Source: Antedon mediterranea
Lineage: Eukaryota; Animalia; Echinodermata
Length of the DNA: 64,000 nucleotides
NCBI RefSeq assembly: GCF_964355755.1
Contig: NC_092680.1
Span: 16,625,045-16,689,044 of the forward strand
Direction of reading: 5' to 3'
Shown: positions 13,262 through 25,601 of the stretch, piece by piece
Layout: the number at the start of each line of letters is the position of its first letter
How positions within the stretch are numbered: position 1 is the first letter of the stretch
Notes under the pieces: generated by a model
What the model was told of the DNA's origin: nothing
The model's input: the letters and a program-made list of their open reading frames with translations, nothing else
Databases searched by the model: none
Translations under genes and position numbers: made by a program

Positions 13262-13663
13262 GTACGTAGTCAATATTTTGCAAAATACTGACAGCCTTAA
13301 GATCTTAGGAACTTTCTGTATTTAAATGTTATATTTTGGTTATGAATAGTATGCGTCATTTTAAAGAATACCACTTAATAATATAATAAATATCATTGTA
13401 ATCAGATAATTCAATTGGTTAAAGTTCAAGTTCAAATTTATTGTCAAATATATAGCAATTAAAATGTTTTCCCAAGGTTAAAAACACCATAAAAATAGTT
13501 ACACGCAAATACATACAAAAAAACAATTCAATATTAAGATAGGTTAAAACAGTAAAAGATGAACTTGATAAATTGCACTATGATTTAGTTAAGATTTAAA
13601 AATACAGAAAACTTATCTTTTCAATTGCTTATTAAATATTCTAACTGCACATTTATTTTTCAG

Positions 13664-13968
13664 ATCCATACGTAAAGATGTATCTCATGTATGGAACACA
13701 ACGACTTGCTAAGAAAAAAACACGATTAAAAAAGAGAACACTTAATCCGGTTTTCAACGAATCTTTCATGTTCGATGTTCCGATAGATGGGCTTGAGAAT
13801 ATCCATTTAGAATTTCATGTGCTTGACCATGATCGAGTAACAAAAAATGAAATAATTGGGCGACTTAACATCGGTAAAAATGCCAATGAACTGGAAGCTA
13901 AACACTGGGACGACATTGTTCAGAATCCACGACGTCAATTTGCGGAGTGGCACGCCCTTACAGCATGA
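13664..13968 (+). CDS. SYT4: Synaptotagmin-4/11-like, last coding exon (rest of C2B)
   Basis: Acceptor tttattttcag; the split codon g+at restores DPYVKMYL. Motifs [32 protein letters not shown] and C-terminal AEWHAL, then TGA. Confidence 0.94.
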
Positions 13969-14256
13969 ATAACAATCATTGGTTACATAAAAGTATGGCG
14001 TACTTAAAGCGTCAAATAAGCTTTCATTGTCAAGATCTGTTTATTGTACTGAGAAGGAATTCAGTTATACATTTATATATTACGTAACTTTGTCTTCATT
14101 ATATGTTATATTGTACTTTGTATAATGTGTCATTATGACTGAAACATTTATAACCATGGTATGTTAACAATAATGTTAAAGTCTAATCCCAATATCAAAT
14201 AATCACTATATTATTGGAAATATTACATTTCATTTAATTGAATTGAATGTCATGAA

Positions 14257-14262
14257 AATAAA
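14257..14262 (+). promoter_or_regulatory. Candidate polyadenylation signal of the synaptotagmin gene
   Basis: AATAAA about 290 bp after the stop codon. The context is AT-rich, so it could be chance. Confidence 0.35.
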
Positions 14263-14385
14263 TGTGCAAATTAATACAATCTCTTTTAGAAGTAACTGAA
14301 TTTTTCTAAAAATGCTTTGTTAATTATTGAATGTTGTTTTCGTTATTTATAAAGTGTTCTACGGCAACCATGCCATGTGTCCAAC

Positions 14386-14523
14386 GGTTCCTTCTAGGAC
14401 GCAAGCGCAACAGAAGCGAGTTGACCAAAAACGACAAAATTCAGATGATACATCGCTTGTGATTGGTCGAATTAATTGCGTTGCGCGTATTACTTCATTG
14501 CGTTGTATAGTGAGAACCAAGCA
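14386..14523. mobile_element. MITE family 1, degenerate copy
   Basis: ggttccttctaggacgcaagcg ... gtgagaaccaagc. Confidence 0.75.
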
Positions 14524-14606
14524 TAAGAAGCGTGTGTAGAAAATAAGTGGGGCCTCCTACGCGGCGCTATACAATCTTTGCTCCTACATGCATGGAATGA
14601 TTGTTC

Positions 14607-15230
14607 TTTTTCACGCTGCTGCTCTAGCCCGCTACGTCCCATTAGGACTACTCAATCAGAAGCTAAAGCAAGCAGCAGCTATAGTTCTAAGGACAGACAG
14701 TTTTGTGAAAATGGAAATTCCACTATAATTTATTGATTCCAGCTGCTACAGTTGTAGACCCAAAAAACGTCTGGGAAAGAGTCTATTAGGACATTTCATG
14801 CTAAAATTACAAATCCCTAAGCATTTCTGGTATATTCACTGTCAGATATTCATTGAATTATTATCGAAACAGTCCATTAAAGTTTGTGTTTGTAATAGGA
14901 TACTTCACAATTGAAATATCTAGGGTGATGAAGTGACCCCCAGATTTGACCGTAGCAATAAAATTAACTAAAGTGACAGAAATTGAGTATTCACTTCTGT
15001 AACAAAAAAATAATATTTATTCACATATAAAAAAAAGAAAAGAAACCCAAAAACCATTGTCTGACAGACAATTTAAGTATTTGTTGCTTTAAATTACATT
15101 TTTTTCAGGTAAAATAACTATTATGTGACAATAAAATGACACATTCAAAAACATTTGAAATAAAAAATATTTTTCAATAAGCGAGCAGCGTTTTTTGTAA
15201 GAAATATTTCTTGTTTACATTAAACAATGT
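14607..15230. repeat. About 600 bp repeat, inverted copy of 25602-26186
   Basis: tttttcacgctgctgctctagcccgctacgtcccattaggactactcaatcagaagc... aligns over its whole length with the reverse complement of 25602-26186, with a few indels. Confidence 0.92.
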
Positions 15231-15238
15231 GAATGTGT

Positions 15239-15557
15239 AGCACCAAGCTACACGTACCTCCTGCACTTCGCTCAAATTTACCGCAGTCATATTTTGGATA
15301 GCGCCCTTAATATTTCGTTACCATGCGAAACAGATTTTTACTGGCTTACGAAAAACGAATAATTGTGCGTGACGTATCCGTTTTCGTTATCGTATTCGTA
15401 AGATTGCGAAACCTCCCTAATGACAATATTTTGACGCGTGAAAGGGACGTTTTTTTAAACCCTTTTCTATTGTCACCGATAATTTAGATATACAATTAAT
15501 TATCTAACCATAATCAATACTTTTGCAAGGTACCTATAAAGTGATCATACATATCAC
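15239..15557 (+). repeat. Local duplication of 18496-18553 joined to 20245-20505 (pre-insertion state)
   Basis: Near-identical sequence from agcaccaagctacacg to atatcac. It includes the right TIR of the 18164-20365 MITE plus its 3' flank, and has a single atattttgg. Confidence 0.92.
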
Positions 15558-16315
15558 CTGACTTTTGTCATCCGAACCACCGCTTCTTTTTTTCTGATCA
15601 ATGTATATATTTCAAGGAAAAAACAAGACGTGTTTTTAAAAGCAGTATAATGAAAGTTGTTGAATTATTTTAGGCCTATACCATCGATGTACTGTATATA
15701 AATATCTTATTATACGCCTATTCCCATTGTATTTATTGAATGACCAATATACTGTGATAACTATACCGAAACAAATCAAATGTTGTTATAATTGATTTAA
15801 TACATTTTAGTCAAGACATTAATACCAGAGTCATTTTGTACATGGCTCCTATAAAGTGCGCCGCCTATGGCAAAGACGTGTTTATAATAGACGTTGGTGG
15901 CGTTATTGATACTCTGACTGAGACATTTCAAATTTGAATTATTGTCTCAGGATGAATGATAAATGAGGGTTCTAAAATTTCCATTAATGTTTGTTAAAAC
16001 ATGTCAAATTTGTTTTAACTATGATGAAAAAACAGTCGCAAAGACTTCTTTTTTAGCACTTTTTCGCGGGTAGGCCTATGTGTTCAGGAGCAGTGTTCAT
16101 GGCTTGTTTTTAATACACTTGGCTAATTACTGTAATGTAAATAATATATGAAATAAATGTTTATGTTTGCTATGAATTAATTGTGTTTTATTGAGTCTCT
16201 TTAATGACATTTATAAGGCATAGGTGTGTATAATTAATCAATCCTGATCTCGTCTTTGAAAAAAGAGAAACTGTTGTTTGCACCCTCCTTGTATTTTGTG
16301 TGCTAACAGAGCCAC

Positions 16316-16318
<3 letters not shown>

Positions 16319-16362
<44 letters not shown>
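16319..16362. repeat. (AT)n microsatellite
   Basis: About 22 uninterrupted AT units. Confidence 0.97.
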
Positions 16363-16365
<3 letters not shown>

Positions 16366-18553
16366 TCTGTGTGCTAATCCATTAGAGCGCCCCCAAGGGG
16401 GTATAGAAAAAATCCGGAGGTGGCGCTATTTTAAAATTTTGAGCATTCTTGTTGGCCTAAATTTATTATTCGAAGAAAATAAAATAGAAAATGAACTTAT
16501 GTCTTTCATAATAAAGCATGTTCAACACTATTTAGACTATTTAAAGTGATTTATGGAGGCGGATCGGTGAGGTCTGAGGTAATTGAAGACGATAGCATGG
16601 AAAATTCCAAGTACAGTAGGCCTTACTCCTTCATAGCATTATCTATTTCTTAAATTGTTTGATCCAGCCCCGTGGATAAATAAATTTGAATACAATGATA
16701 GTTGTTGTGCAATCAGAAAAAACACGTTACTATGGTTACACGCATGGTAAATGCAACCGTACAACACGTTGAACTCAAATTATAAAACGGTATAGAGTTA
16801 TGGGACTGGCTCAGGGCTATTGACTGGTGCTAGAGGGCTACCAAGAGATTGCCACAAATGTCATGCAAGTGGCGCTATTTTAAGAGACCTAACAGCTACT
16901 GTAAGTGTACACATAGGTAAAAGTTTATTTAATTGTGCACAGAAAAATGAACAATAATATTATTATCATTGAAGCATCCTTAGGTTGTAGTTGTGGTGGT
17001 GCAGCTCACCTGGCTCCAGGTAATTGATATGCAAATTAGGTTTGCCTGGCATGCCTGGCTTTTGTTAACTAGCATAGGTTAGTGCTGTAGCTGTTCAATT
17101 CTAAGTTTACTTTAGGCCTAGAGACATATCTTTGGTAAGTGTTTAATAAAATGCGTGTATCTATAATGTACACTTTTAAGTATGATACAGACTTATAAGC
17201 TGGTTTCTACTGTTAGGCATAATAGTCTGTAGAGATGTAGGCATTCTTTTGTTGTATGTTGGTACTAAGCATTTATTTTGTTATTATTATTAATAGTCAA
17301 TCCGGAATAAGGCGTCCGATGAGATGCAAATAAACTGAATTGCAATTTTGTGACCACCTGCTAATGTACCATTAACACTGTCACCACAACTTCGTATACG
17401 GTATCTATGGCTTAGTAACTGTTATTTAACAAGAATAATATTCTTGTAGAGAATTAAGGTAAGAATGGAGTTTGTCTAATTCTAAAGAAGTAAGCAAAAA
17501 GACAACCATGTTAACTTTCTCGATTTGTTGAAATACCGCCCTCTCATTCAAGTAAGGCGCCAATAACAGTCCTTTGATCTTATGTCTGACTGCGACATAC
17601 CAGCATTACTGTACCATGTACATATTCTTCGCGGCGCGCGGTGCATGTTGAGGGGCATGGAACTGAACGTGTCGCAGTCACAGATAAACTTTCATCTCCG
17701 GAGTTCAGCATCCTGATGTTAGATTGCCTTGATCCATACACGGAGCTAGCTGTTTAAATTGCGAACGCGGGGCGGAGTGGCTGAGCTGAATACATTGTAC
17801 TTCTAACCTTTTGTGGATACATGCATATCCTTTATATTGCTTTAAATACCTCCTTTAAATTCTCTAATAACATGATTTATTAATGAATTGTGCATGGAAT
17901 ATAATTAAAACTATTAATGAAAACATTGCACAAAAGCATCGTTAAAATAATATTATTGAAATACAAAATAATGTTTTAAGTGTATTTACTATGTAAGCAA
18001 AATTTATCCGTAATGTGAAATAATGACATGACAGCTTATTAGATAGTTGTGTCATATTCCAAGGAAGTAGATGACAGCTATGCAATTATAGCACATTGAC
18101 TGTTGGTATCATGAATACATTGAGTTGGATTAATTTTTGGTACTGTGTAATAATGTATACAATAGGGAGGTTTCGCAACCCTTACGAATACGATAACGAA
18201 AACGGATACGTCACACATTTGTGAAACTTTTTGAGCTGATCCCCATTTCATATTCGTAAAGCGTATTCGTGAAGACGAATATCACCAGTCATATTCGTAA
18301 CTACAAAACGAGTATAGTTTTTGCTCTATTTTGCACATTTTGCATTTGAATCAGGAATGATTTATGATTATAATATACTTATAGATTTATTGAAAGTAAT
18401 TTACTAAAGTAATTCACTAAAATGCCAGGTCAATTTTGATAAATAGCAGTTTTTAAAATCCTCGCTTTGATGTTACGCTAGGCCTAGGCAGCCAAGCACC
18501 AAGCTACACGTACCTCCTGCACTTCGCTCAAATTTACCGCAGTCATATTTTGG

Positions 18554-20235
18554 GGTTCTAGGACACCTACCCCCTAGACAGTTACCCCCCGGATGTTTAC
18601 CACCCGGACAACTACCCCCTTAGGACAACTACCCCCCGGACAACTACCCCCCGGACAACTACCCCCTTAGGACAACTACCCCCTTAGGATAACAACCCCC
18701 CGGACAACTACCCCCCGGACAACCACCCCCTTAGGACAACTACCCCCTTAGGATAACTACCCCCCGGGTAACTACCCCCCGGTCAACTACCCCCCGGTCA
18801 ACTACCCCCCCCCCCCCCATCCAAAAGTAGACAAATATATAGGACCGGTTTCTGTAAAAATGAAATCATCTGTTTTTAACGGGTGTTTCGAAACTAGAGA
18901 CCCGAGACCAGAGACCTGACACGAGACCCAATACGAAAAGGGAGACCTATATTTGGGTCTCCCTTTTCGTATAGTGTGGTCTCTCTTTTCGTATAGTGGG
19001 GTCTCCTTTTTCGTATATTTGGGTCTCCCTTTTCGTATAGTGTGGTCTCTCTTTTCGTATAGTGGGTCTCCCTTTTCGTATATTTGGGTCTCCCATTTTG
19101 TATATTTGGGTCTCCCTTTCGTATAATTGGGTCTCCCTTTTCGTATATTAGGGTCTCCTTTTTCGTATAGTGGGGTCTCCCTTTTCGTATAGTGGGGTCT
19201 CCCTTTTCGTACGTGGGTCTCCCTTTTCGTATATTTAGGTCTCCCTTTTCGTATTGGGTCTCGGGTCTCTGGTCTCTGGTCTCGGGTCTCTAGTTTCAAA
19301 ACACCCGTTTTTAACCGATTATTCTGTTTAACAGCACGCTAGACCCTAGATGTGCTAGATTTAAAGTACCGTATTTATTGAAAAAACGGCCTGGGCTGTT
19401 TATTGTTTAGGTGGTTTTTAGGTGGACATTTATTGGAAGAAAGTTGTTTATTCAATGGGAGGGGGTATAATCTAATGGAAATAGACGCCGATTATTCCAT
19501 ATGATGTTTCATGGGAGTGACATGGTCACCGTTTATTTGAGGGGAATTTATTTAAAGATCGACGTTTATTCGGCGAGTGAACATTGAGGTCAAATATCAA
19601 AAGTGATATTATTCTTCAAGTGTACAAAAATACATATATGACAAATTTGAGACAAAAATTAATTTTTTTAAGACCAGTGGTTATCGAAGCATTGTCCTGA
19701 CGCAAAAATTATTATTATTATTAGCGAACCCAGTCTTTACAGTAAATACAGGGAGTACTATATAATACGTTCGACTATCCTATGATCATGGGTGACAATC
19801 TTCAGTTTATACCAGGCTATATTTATGTTCAATCTTTTACTTTTGTTTACAATAATGAATAGTAATTCGTCAAAGTAACGAATTAAAATATAGTTATTAA
19901 TTCCTATTATACACTGTTGCAGAGTCAGGTTGTTGAATGGTCTGGGTTGTTAGGGTGTTCTAAAGGGATAGTTTTCTGGGTGGTAATTGTCCGGGGGGTA
20001 ATTGTCCGGGGAGTAATTGCTCCTAGGGGGTAATTGTCCGGGGGGGTAGTTGTCCAGGGGGTAGTTGTCCTAAGGGGGTTGTTGTCCTAAGGGGGTAGTT
20101 GTCCGGGGGGTATTTGTCCGGGGGGTAGTTGTCCTAAAGGGGTAGTTGTCCTAAGGGGGTAGTGGTCCAGGTGGTGGTTGTCCGGGGGGTAGTTGTCCGG
20201 GGGGTAAATGTCCAGGGGGTGAATATCCGGATACG
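18554..20235. mobile_element. Foldback/Mutator-like non-autonomous element with tandem-repeat TIRs and 9 bp TSD
   Basis: Left arm has tandem ggacaactaccccc(tta) units, right arm has inverted gggggtagttgtcc units. TSD atattttgg at 18545-18553 and 20236-20244; the empty site is in the 15239-15557 duplicate. Confidence 0.92.
18881..19306. mobile_element. Mutator-like MITE nested in the foldback element, with internal about 21 bp tandem repeats
   Basis: TIR gggtgtttcgaaactagagacccgagaccagagacc / ggtctctggtctcgggtctctagtttcaaaacaccc; TSD gtttttaac; internal (gggtctcccttttcgtatatt)n. Confidence 0.92.
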
Positions 20236-20714
20236 ATATTTTGGATGGCGCCCTTAATAATTCGTTACCATGCGAAACAGATTTTTACTGGCTTACGAAA
20301 AACGAATAATTGTGCGTGACGTATCCGTTTTCGTTATCGTATTCGTAAGATTGCGAAACCTCCCTAATGACAATATTTTGACGCGTGAAAGGGACGTTTT
20401 TTTAAACCCTTTTCTATTGTCACCGATAATTTAGATATACAATTAATTATCTAACCATAATCAATACTTTTGCAAGGTACCTATAAAGTGATCATACATA
20501 TCACATCAAGTTGTTTATTCATTCATTATTGATAAGTATAGAAAATGTTATTTTAATCATTTTTCAACCTTGCTGATTCTAATATTCCTGTACTTATGCA
20601 TTATGTTCGATTATAGTATATTTTTAATAATGATTAATTTTAACAAGGTCTTCGGTAAACTATCAATGACCTTTGCAGGTGACATAATCATTATTAAATC
20701 AATGATCGATGTCT

Positions 20715-21035
20715 AAGAGATGAAAGGCATCTGGTTGCGTTCTGGATGTAAGACCGTCCGGGAATCGCGTCTGGTGCTGTATACCCGCGGATAGTGATGA
20801 TGTACTGATAATATCTGTACCATACTGATTGCATCCTAAGGTAAAATGCTTTACTTTTATTGTCTCGTCCTTCGGATGGGATGGGATGTAAAGCCGTTGA
20901 TCCTGTACATATACTGCACGTTAAATAACTTATTCGAAAAGAGTAGGCGATCCTCTCCCAGTGTGTTGATCTGATAGGCGCTGTACTACTGTAGCCTGTC
21001 GTGGGTCCGTGGAGGGCCTGATCCAATTAATTAAT
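20715..21035 (+). mobile_element. Degenerate SINE with Deu/Nin-like central domain
   Basis: gtccttcggatggga...gtaaagccgttgatcc...gcacgttaaa...ttcgaaaagagtagg resembles the DeuSINE/AmnSINE1 core as recalled. The head is degenerate and the boundaries are approximate. Confidence 0.6.
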
Positions 21036-22519
21036 AATATATAAGTTTGATTATCTTTAAATAATAATGATTGGCCTACGCATATACAAACTTATCCAAT
21101 AACACGTTTCCTTATTTCGGCCGTAATCAGTGTTGTTGGTAGAATTGAGAAATAAATGATGGAATAATATTCGCTTTTTCGGAAAAATCACAATATCTAC
21201 ATGAAGATATATAATAAATAATTAGCTTTTTTACAGCCTTTTTACGTCTTACAAGAAAGTCAACGCTAATCCAATTGTTTAGCAATTACCAACAAGAAAT
21301 AAGCTGAAGTCGGTAAAGAAAATTAATGGCCATTTTAGCCGATGTACATATTAACAAACGTCATTTAAAATGTATCAACACGTATTAGTGTGACATACGT
21401 GACTAAACCGCAAGACCATTACAATAACCCAGAATCAATCGTGCCTACTAAATGTCACTTTCCACTAAACGTTTAGAACAAGTTGGGTGTGAGGTTATTA
21501 AGCCTGTGGCAGATCACCTCTTCCAAATTTTTATTTTAGAAAACATCTTTTACCTAATTAGGAAATCGTAATGCGTAATTAGTGAGTTTGACACGAACAA
21601 GTGATTTAAAATGAAATACTCTCATGCAACTATTGAAAAATCGTTTTGCTACATAGAACGCCCACTAGCACGTTATATCATACTTCATTCAATTAACCAG
21701 AGATGTAGAATATTTATTATATTAATTAATAAATACGTTACGTGTCGTTGTTTGAAATCCAGAAGGGACAGAATAAATGCTCTGCATTATGTTACAGAGA
21801 AAACTAAAGCTCGCGCGAACTTGTAATTGCCTATTGTCTATACTCTATACAACCCCTGACCTCTAAACCCACAGGTCATTCTAGAGATCGATTTGTTTAT
21901 TTTATAAAGATGAGGATTTAAAGAATACATACTCTCGCATTCACTGGTCATTATTCTGGTCGTTTAACTGGTGTCAATTTGGCATCCTCCATCTGTTGTC
22001 TTGGGTTCATTGCGCACTGTATTTTGTGCTTTCTAGGCTGGCCCAGATTGTTATCTTTTCTGTCATCTGCCTACTTCCTTAATTTCATCTCTACTTCTTT
22101 CACGGTCATTTTAACATTTTCTCTTAATTTGTTACTTAATTTAATATGAAAATAGAGGAAGAAAATAAATATTTATTTGAATTCATTGGCGACCACACAT
22201 CGTCTAAGCTTTTCAAGTTATGAAGTTAAGTTTTACTTACTATATTTATAAAACTTTAAAATTGAGTATCTTCAATTGAATAAACTGACGTTACCAAATA
22301 GTTTCTACTTTTGACGTTTAGTAACAAAGTGAAGAAAAATAGAAGTTGTTTAGAATCCATTAAGATATCATGCCCCACTGACTGTTGGAGTTTTTTAATT
22401 GGGTGATCTATTTAATATCAAAGTTCAATTCTAGCATTAACAGAGTTTCGCAGTGCAACAACATTCCCAAGAAAACAAAAATTGAATGAGAAATGATTTC
22501 GTTTCAAAAATGACAATAT

Positions 22520-22907
22520 GGAAATAATGTAGCAGAGTAAGAAGATGATATTGTTGTTATAATTTTTATATTTTTATGAGGACAAGTGCAAGTAGTCAAG
22601 CAGAATACGGTACCCAAAGCCATCATTATAAAATCTATTGTTGACGAATCTGCAGCTGTCACTAGATACATCTTAACTGACTATTGCATGTCAGACCTTA
22701 TAATAATTATTATGTGGCATAATATCAAGAACAATCTTCCCAGGGGCAAGAGCAATAGACATAGGCCTGGAGAGTTTCAACTACTCCTGCTCCAACAGTT
22801 ACAGAAACAAGTCGGATGGTCAACGCCTTTTCATTCACCGTTCTTTAAATGTTCATCCCTTCCTCATCATCTTCAGCATCATTTGTTATTATATTTATTT
22901 TGTGCTG
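22520..22907 (-). pseudogene. Possible decayed coding exon, tentatively a SAMD3-like transposon accessory protein
   Basis: Minus-strand acceptor ttcattttag. Broken reading GLCLLLLPL.. IIIIRSDMQ*SVKMYLVTAADSSTIDFIMMALGTVFC.. with stops and frameshifts. Recognition is by eye only. Confidence 0.3.
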
Positions 22908-23869
22908 CTAAAATGAAGAAATAATCTCGTTAGAATGCAATTTGTATAAATAGGCGTCGACTATTTAGTATTTATTGAATGTAGATACTAGCCAATAATT
23001 GATAAAATAGAGCTGCAGCCAACCAATAGTTTATTCTTATTAATATTCTCTCCATTCATTCTGTATACTACATGCAGATTAGGTAAAAATACACACTGAA
23101 ACACAACCTAATTAATGCCGTAATATAATTATTGCTGCCCATCATCCTTTTTTACTAACAAAAAGAGAAATTATTACAACTCTCAGATTACTCAACGAGA
23201 GTTAAGAGCTGCGTTCTTTCACATGAACCTCAGGCCAATTCTCTTTTGAAATCGATCGAGGAGTTTATACACATTAATAATCGTATTTTATATCGTTACA
23301 ATAATTTAGTTCATAAATTTATAAATTGGATGTTTGATGTTAGTGTTTCTGAGCATATGTCAATAACTTATAAAGGTATATAAATCATTGTAACATTTTA
23401 AAGCGTTTCTTGCAATTATTAGTCAACGTTGTGTTAGACATTTTGATAGACATATAATGCTGATATATATTAAATGTACAGCAGTAACTCTGAAATTAAT
23501 AGTCATAATGCTGTATTAGATTTGTATTAAATAGTCAAGGTAAATGTCAATAATATTTAAAACATTTTTTTATATAATACATTAAGCAATGACGTCTGCT
23601 TAACTTGGGGACTTTGCATATTTCTAATATAATTTGAATTTCGCCTTTGGCATTTCGGTTGGAATAACATTCCCCTTTTTGAACTGAGTATATGATGCAG
23701 ATGTGTGTGTAAGAAAAGAAAAAGAAAGTTACTGACGTAATGCAATGCCAAGTATTGCCGATAACCAAACTTACTGTTTCTTTAAATAACTTGGTTTTTT
23801 AGGCCTATATCATTTTATTCATTTACTATAAATACAGGAGAATTCATGTTAACGGTAAGTGTTCCTACC

Positions 23870-24490
23870 AGTGCCGATCCCTGAACACCCGATTCTCATA
23901 TGCTGTATCTCCACATACTATCTATTTCCGAAGTACCATAAGAATATTTGGTAATACAGCATCTAATTTATATCACATGTGGTGCCTGTATCATGTAATG
24001 TAAGGTTAGGTTAAAGGCTTATAGACTAGGATGATAACCATCGACGGTAAATAGACAAATGTGCATTTTTCGTACATAAAACAAAAGAAATATAAACACG
24101 TTTCATTCTATAACTATAGAATAACCCTCTATGCTTTTTTTGATGAAAATAAAATGTTCACACGTCAAATCAAATGACGTCATGATTAGTAAGAGCCAAA
24201 ATGTCGTGACAATACAACGATTTTCTTGTTTATTTTTTATCATGACATCATTTTTATTTAAAAACACCGTAAATGATTATCCTATAGTTCTAGAACGAAA
24301 ACTTTTCAAATTTATTTTGTTTTATGTAAAAAAAAAATGCATGCTTATATATTTATCGTCGATCGTTATCGTCCTAGTGTAAATGGGCCTTAAGGGTTAG
24401 ATTACTACTAGATACATGTGATGTTGTATTACCATATATTTCTATGATACTTCAGAAATAGATACAGTACCGATAATCGGTTGCCCTCAA
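23870..24490. mobile_element. Dispersed repeat with ggttaggttaagggttag core, interrupted by a MITE
   Basis: 23930-24014 is the reverse complement of about 4150-4235; related sequence at 51300-51390; imperfect inverted ends. Confidence 0.6.
24015..24390. mobile_element. PIF/Harbinger-like MITE with TAA TSD
   Basis: taa|aggcttatagactaggatgataaccatcgacggtaaata ... tatttatcgtcgatcgttatcgtcctagtgtaaatgggcct|taa. Confidence 0.85.
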
Positions 24491-24994
24491 TATGGAAAAA
24501 CATTTATATCTTTATTCGTTTGTTTCACGGAAAAGTGTCCCTCAATAGGATGTACAGTGTACGTGTCCCGAAAGATGTCCACTGTAATTATATACATATA
24601 TTATATTGCGTGTTATTGCGATAGATGTATATAGATATTAATTCCAATATGAATAATGTCTATTATACAATGGGCTATTTATATTTGCGCCATATTGTTA
24701 CCTTGCTACTTCAACCGACAACTGGTTTATTTTTTACCGCCATCGTGTTACCAAACAGCATTTAGGTTTTTTGATTGTTACATAGTCTTTGAACAACAAT
24801 GTAAAGATTTCTTTTGCCAAGCCATTAAAAGAGGCCGTCAAAGGAATATTGCTATATTTTACTAGAGAAAACCGAACGTGTGTTTGTTTTTTTTTTTGGT
24901 TTTTTTTTTGTGGAGGAGGACAAAAACACATTTTTAGTGTCTTTTTCAAAAGGAACTGAGAGAGAGAATACATCCCAACCTAAATTTTTCATTA

Positions 24995-25440
24995 CTTACG
25001 TCTATAAGTAATAAGTTCGGCCGCCGTCAATACCGACGATTTGCTACAATCTGTTCACATGTCATTATCTCTTTCTTCCAATCATGTCTGATTTGAGTGA
25101 GACGCTTAGCTTGCATTAAATTCAATCCATTCTTTGATGTTATCAAACAATTGCTTCTGTTGACGTCTTCTCTTCCATTCTACCTTTCCTTCTATTATCT
25201 GCAGTGGAGTAGGCTAGCTTTCTTTTCACGATCTCTACAAGTATACTTTTGTTTGTTCTTTTCTCTTTCCGTGTGACATTTCAGCAGCAAGCAGAGTAGA
25301 GCTCATCTGCTGTCTTAAGAGAACAGTCCTCCAAGCCGTAAAGAACTACACTTCAAAGATGTTGTACATCTTTAGTGCTGTTGTAAGACTGCGATCATTC
25401 CACAAATCCTGAAGTTCTATCATCCCTTTTGGCAATACGT
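24995..25440 (-). mobile_element. Degenerate 3' end of an RTE-clade LINE
   Basis: Frameshifted minus-strand translation gives MIELQDLWNDRSLTTALKM, VLYGLEDCSLKTADE, LLAAEM, KRTNKSILVEIVKRKLAY, LQIIEGKVEWKRRRQQKQLFDNIKEW, matching the RTE post-RT C-terminus. Confidence 0.8.
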
Positions 25441-25601
25441 ACTGTATATTATCAACTCAAAATTAAATGTTCGAACTTAAGTGTAAAGATAAGATATGTA
25501 AAATTAGACCAGCTCAGAGGTTGTTATTTAAGTAGCTACCGTATAGTCACATGCGACTTGTTTGTCACTGAAAATATAAAACGCCTTAAAATAAAGCAAT
25601 A

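Larger units (their letters stand above)
18164..20365. mobile_element. MITE (about 50 bp TIR, 3 bp AAT TSD), host of nested insertions
   Basis: aat|agggaggtttcgcaacccttacgaatacgataacgaaaacggatacgtcac ... gtgacgtatccgttttcgttatcgtattcgtaagattgcgaaacctccct|aat. Confidence 0.9.

Noticed and set aside
17450-17800. GC-richer segment as a possible exon
   Set aside because: No convincing reading frame or recognisable motif in the frames I tried.
18802-19299. 165 aa basic repetitive ORF
   Set aside because: Translation of the 21 bp internal tandem repeat of a MITE.
24000-24400. Interstitial telomeric repeat (ggttagg)
   Set aside because: Only two or three imperfect units, part of a dispersed repeat also present at about 4150-4170.
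24994-25445. Minus-strand host exon bounded by gtaagt and cag
   Set aside because: The frameshifted translation matches an RTE LINE C-terminus; the splice-like motifs appear coincidental.
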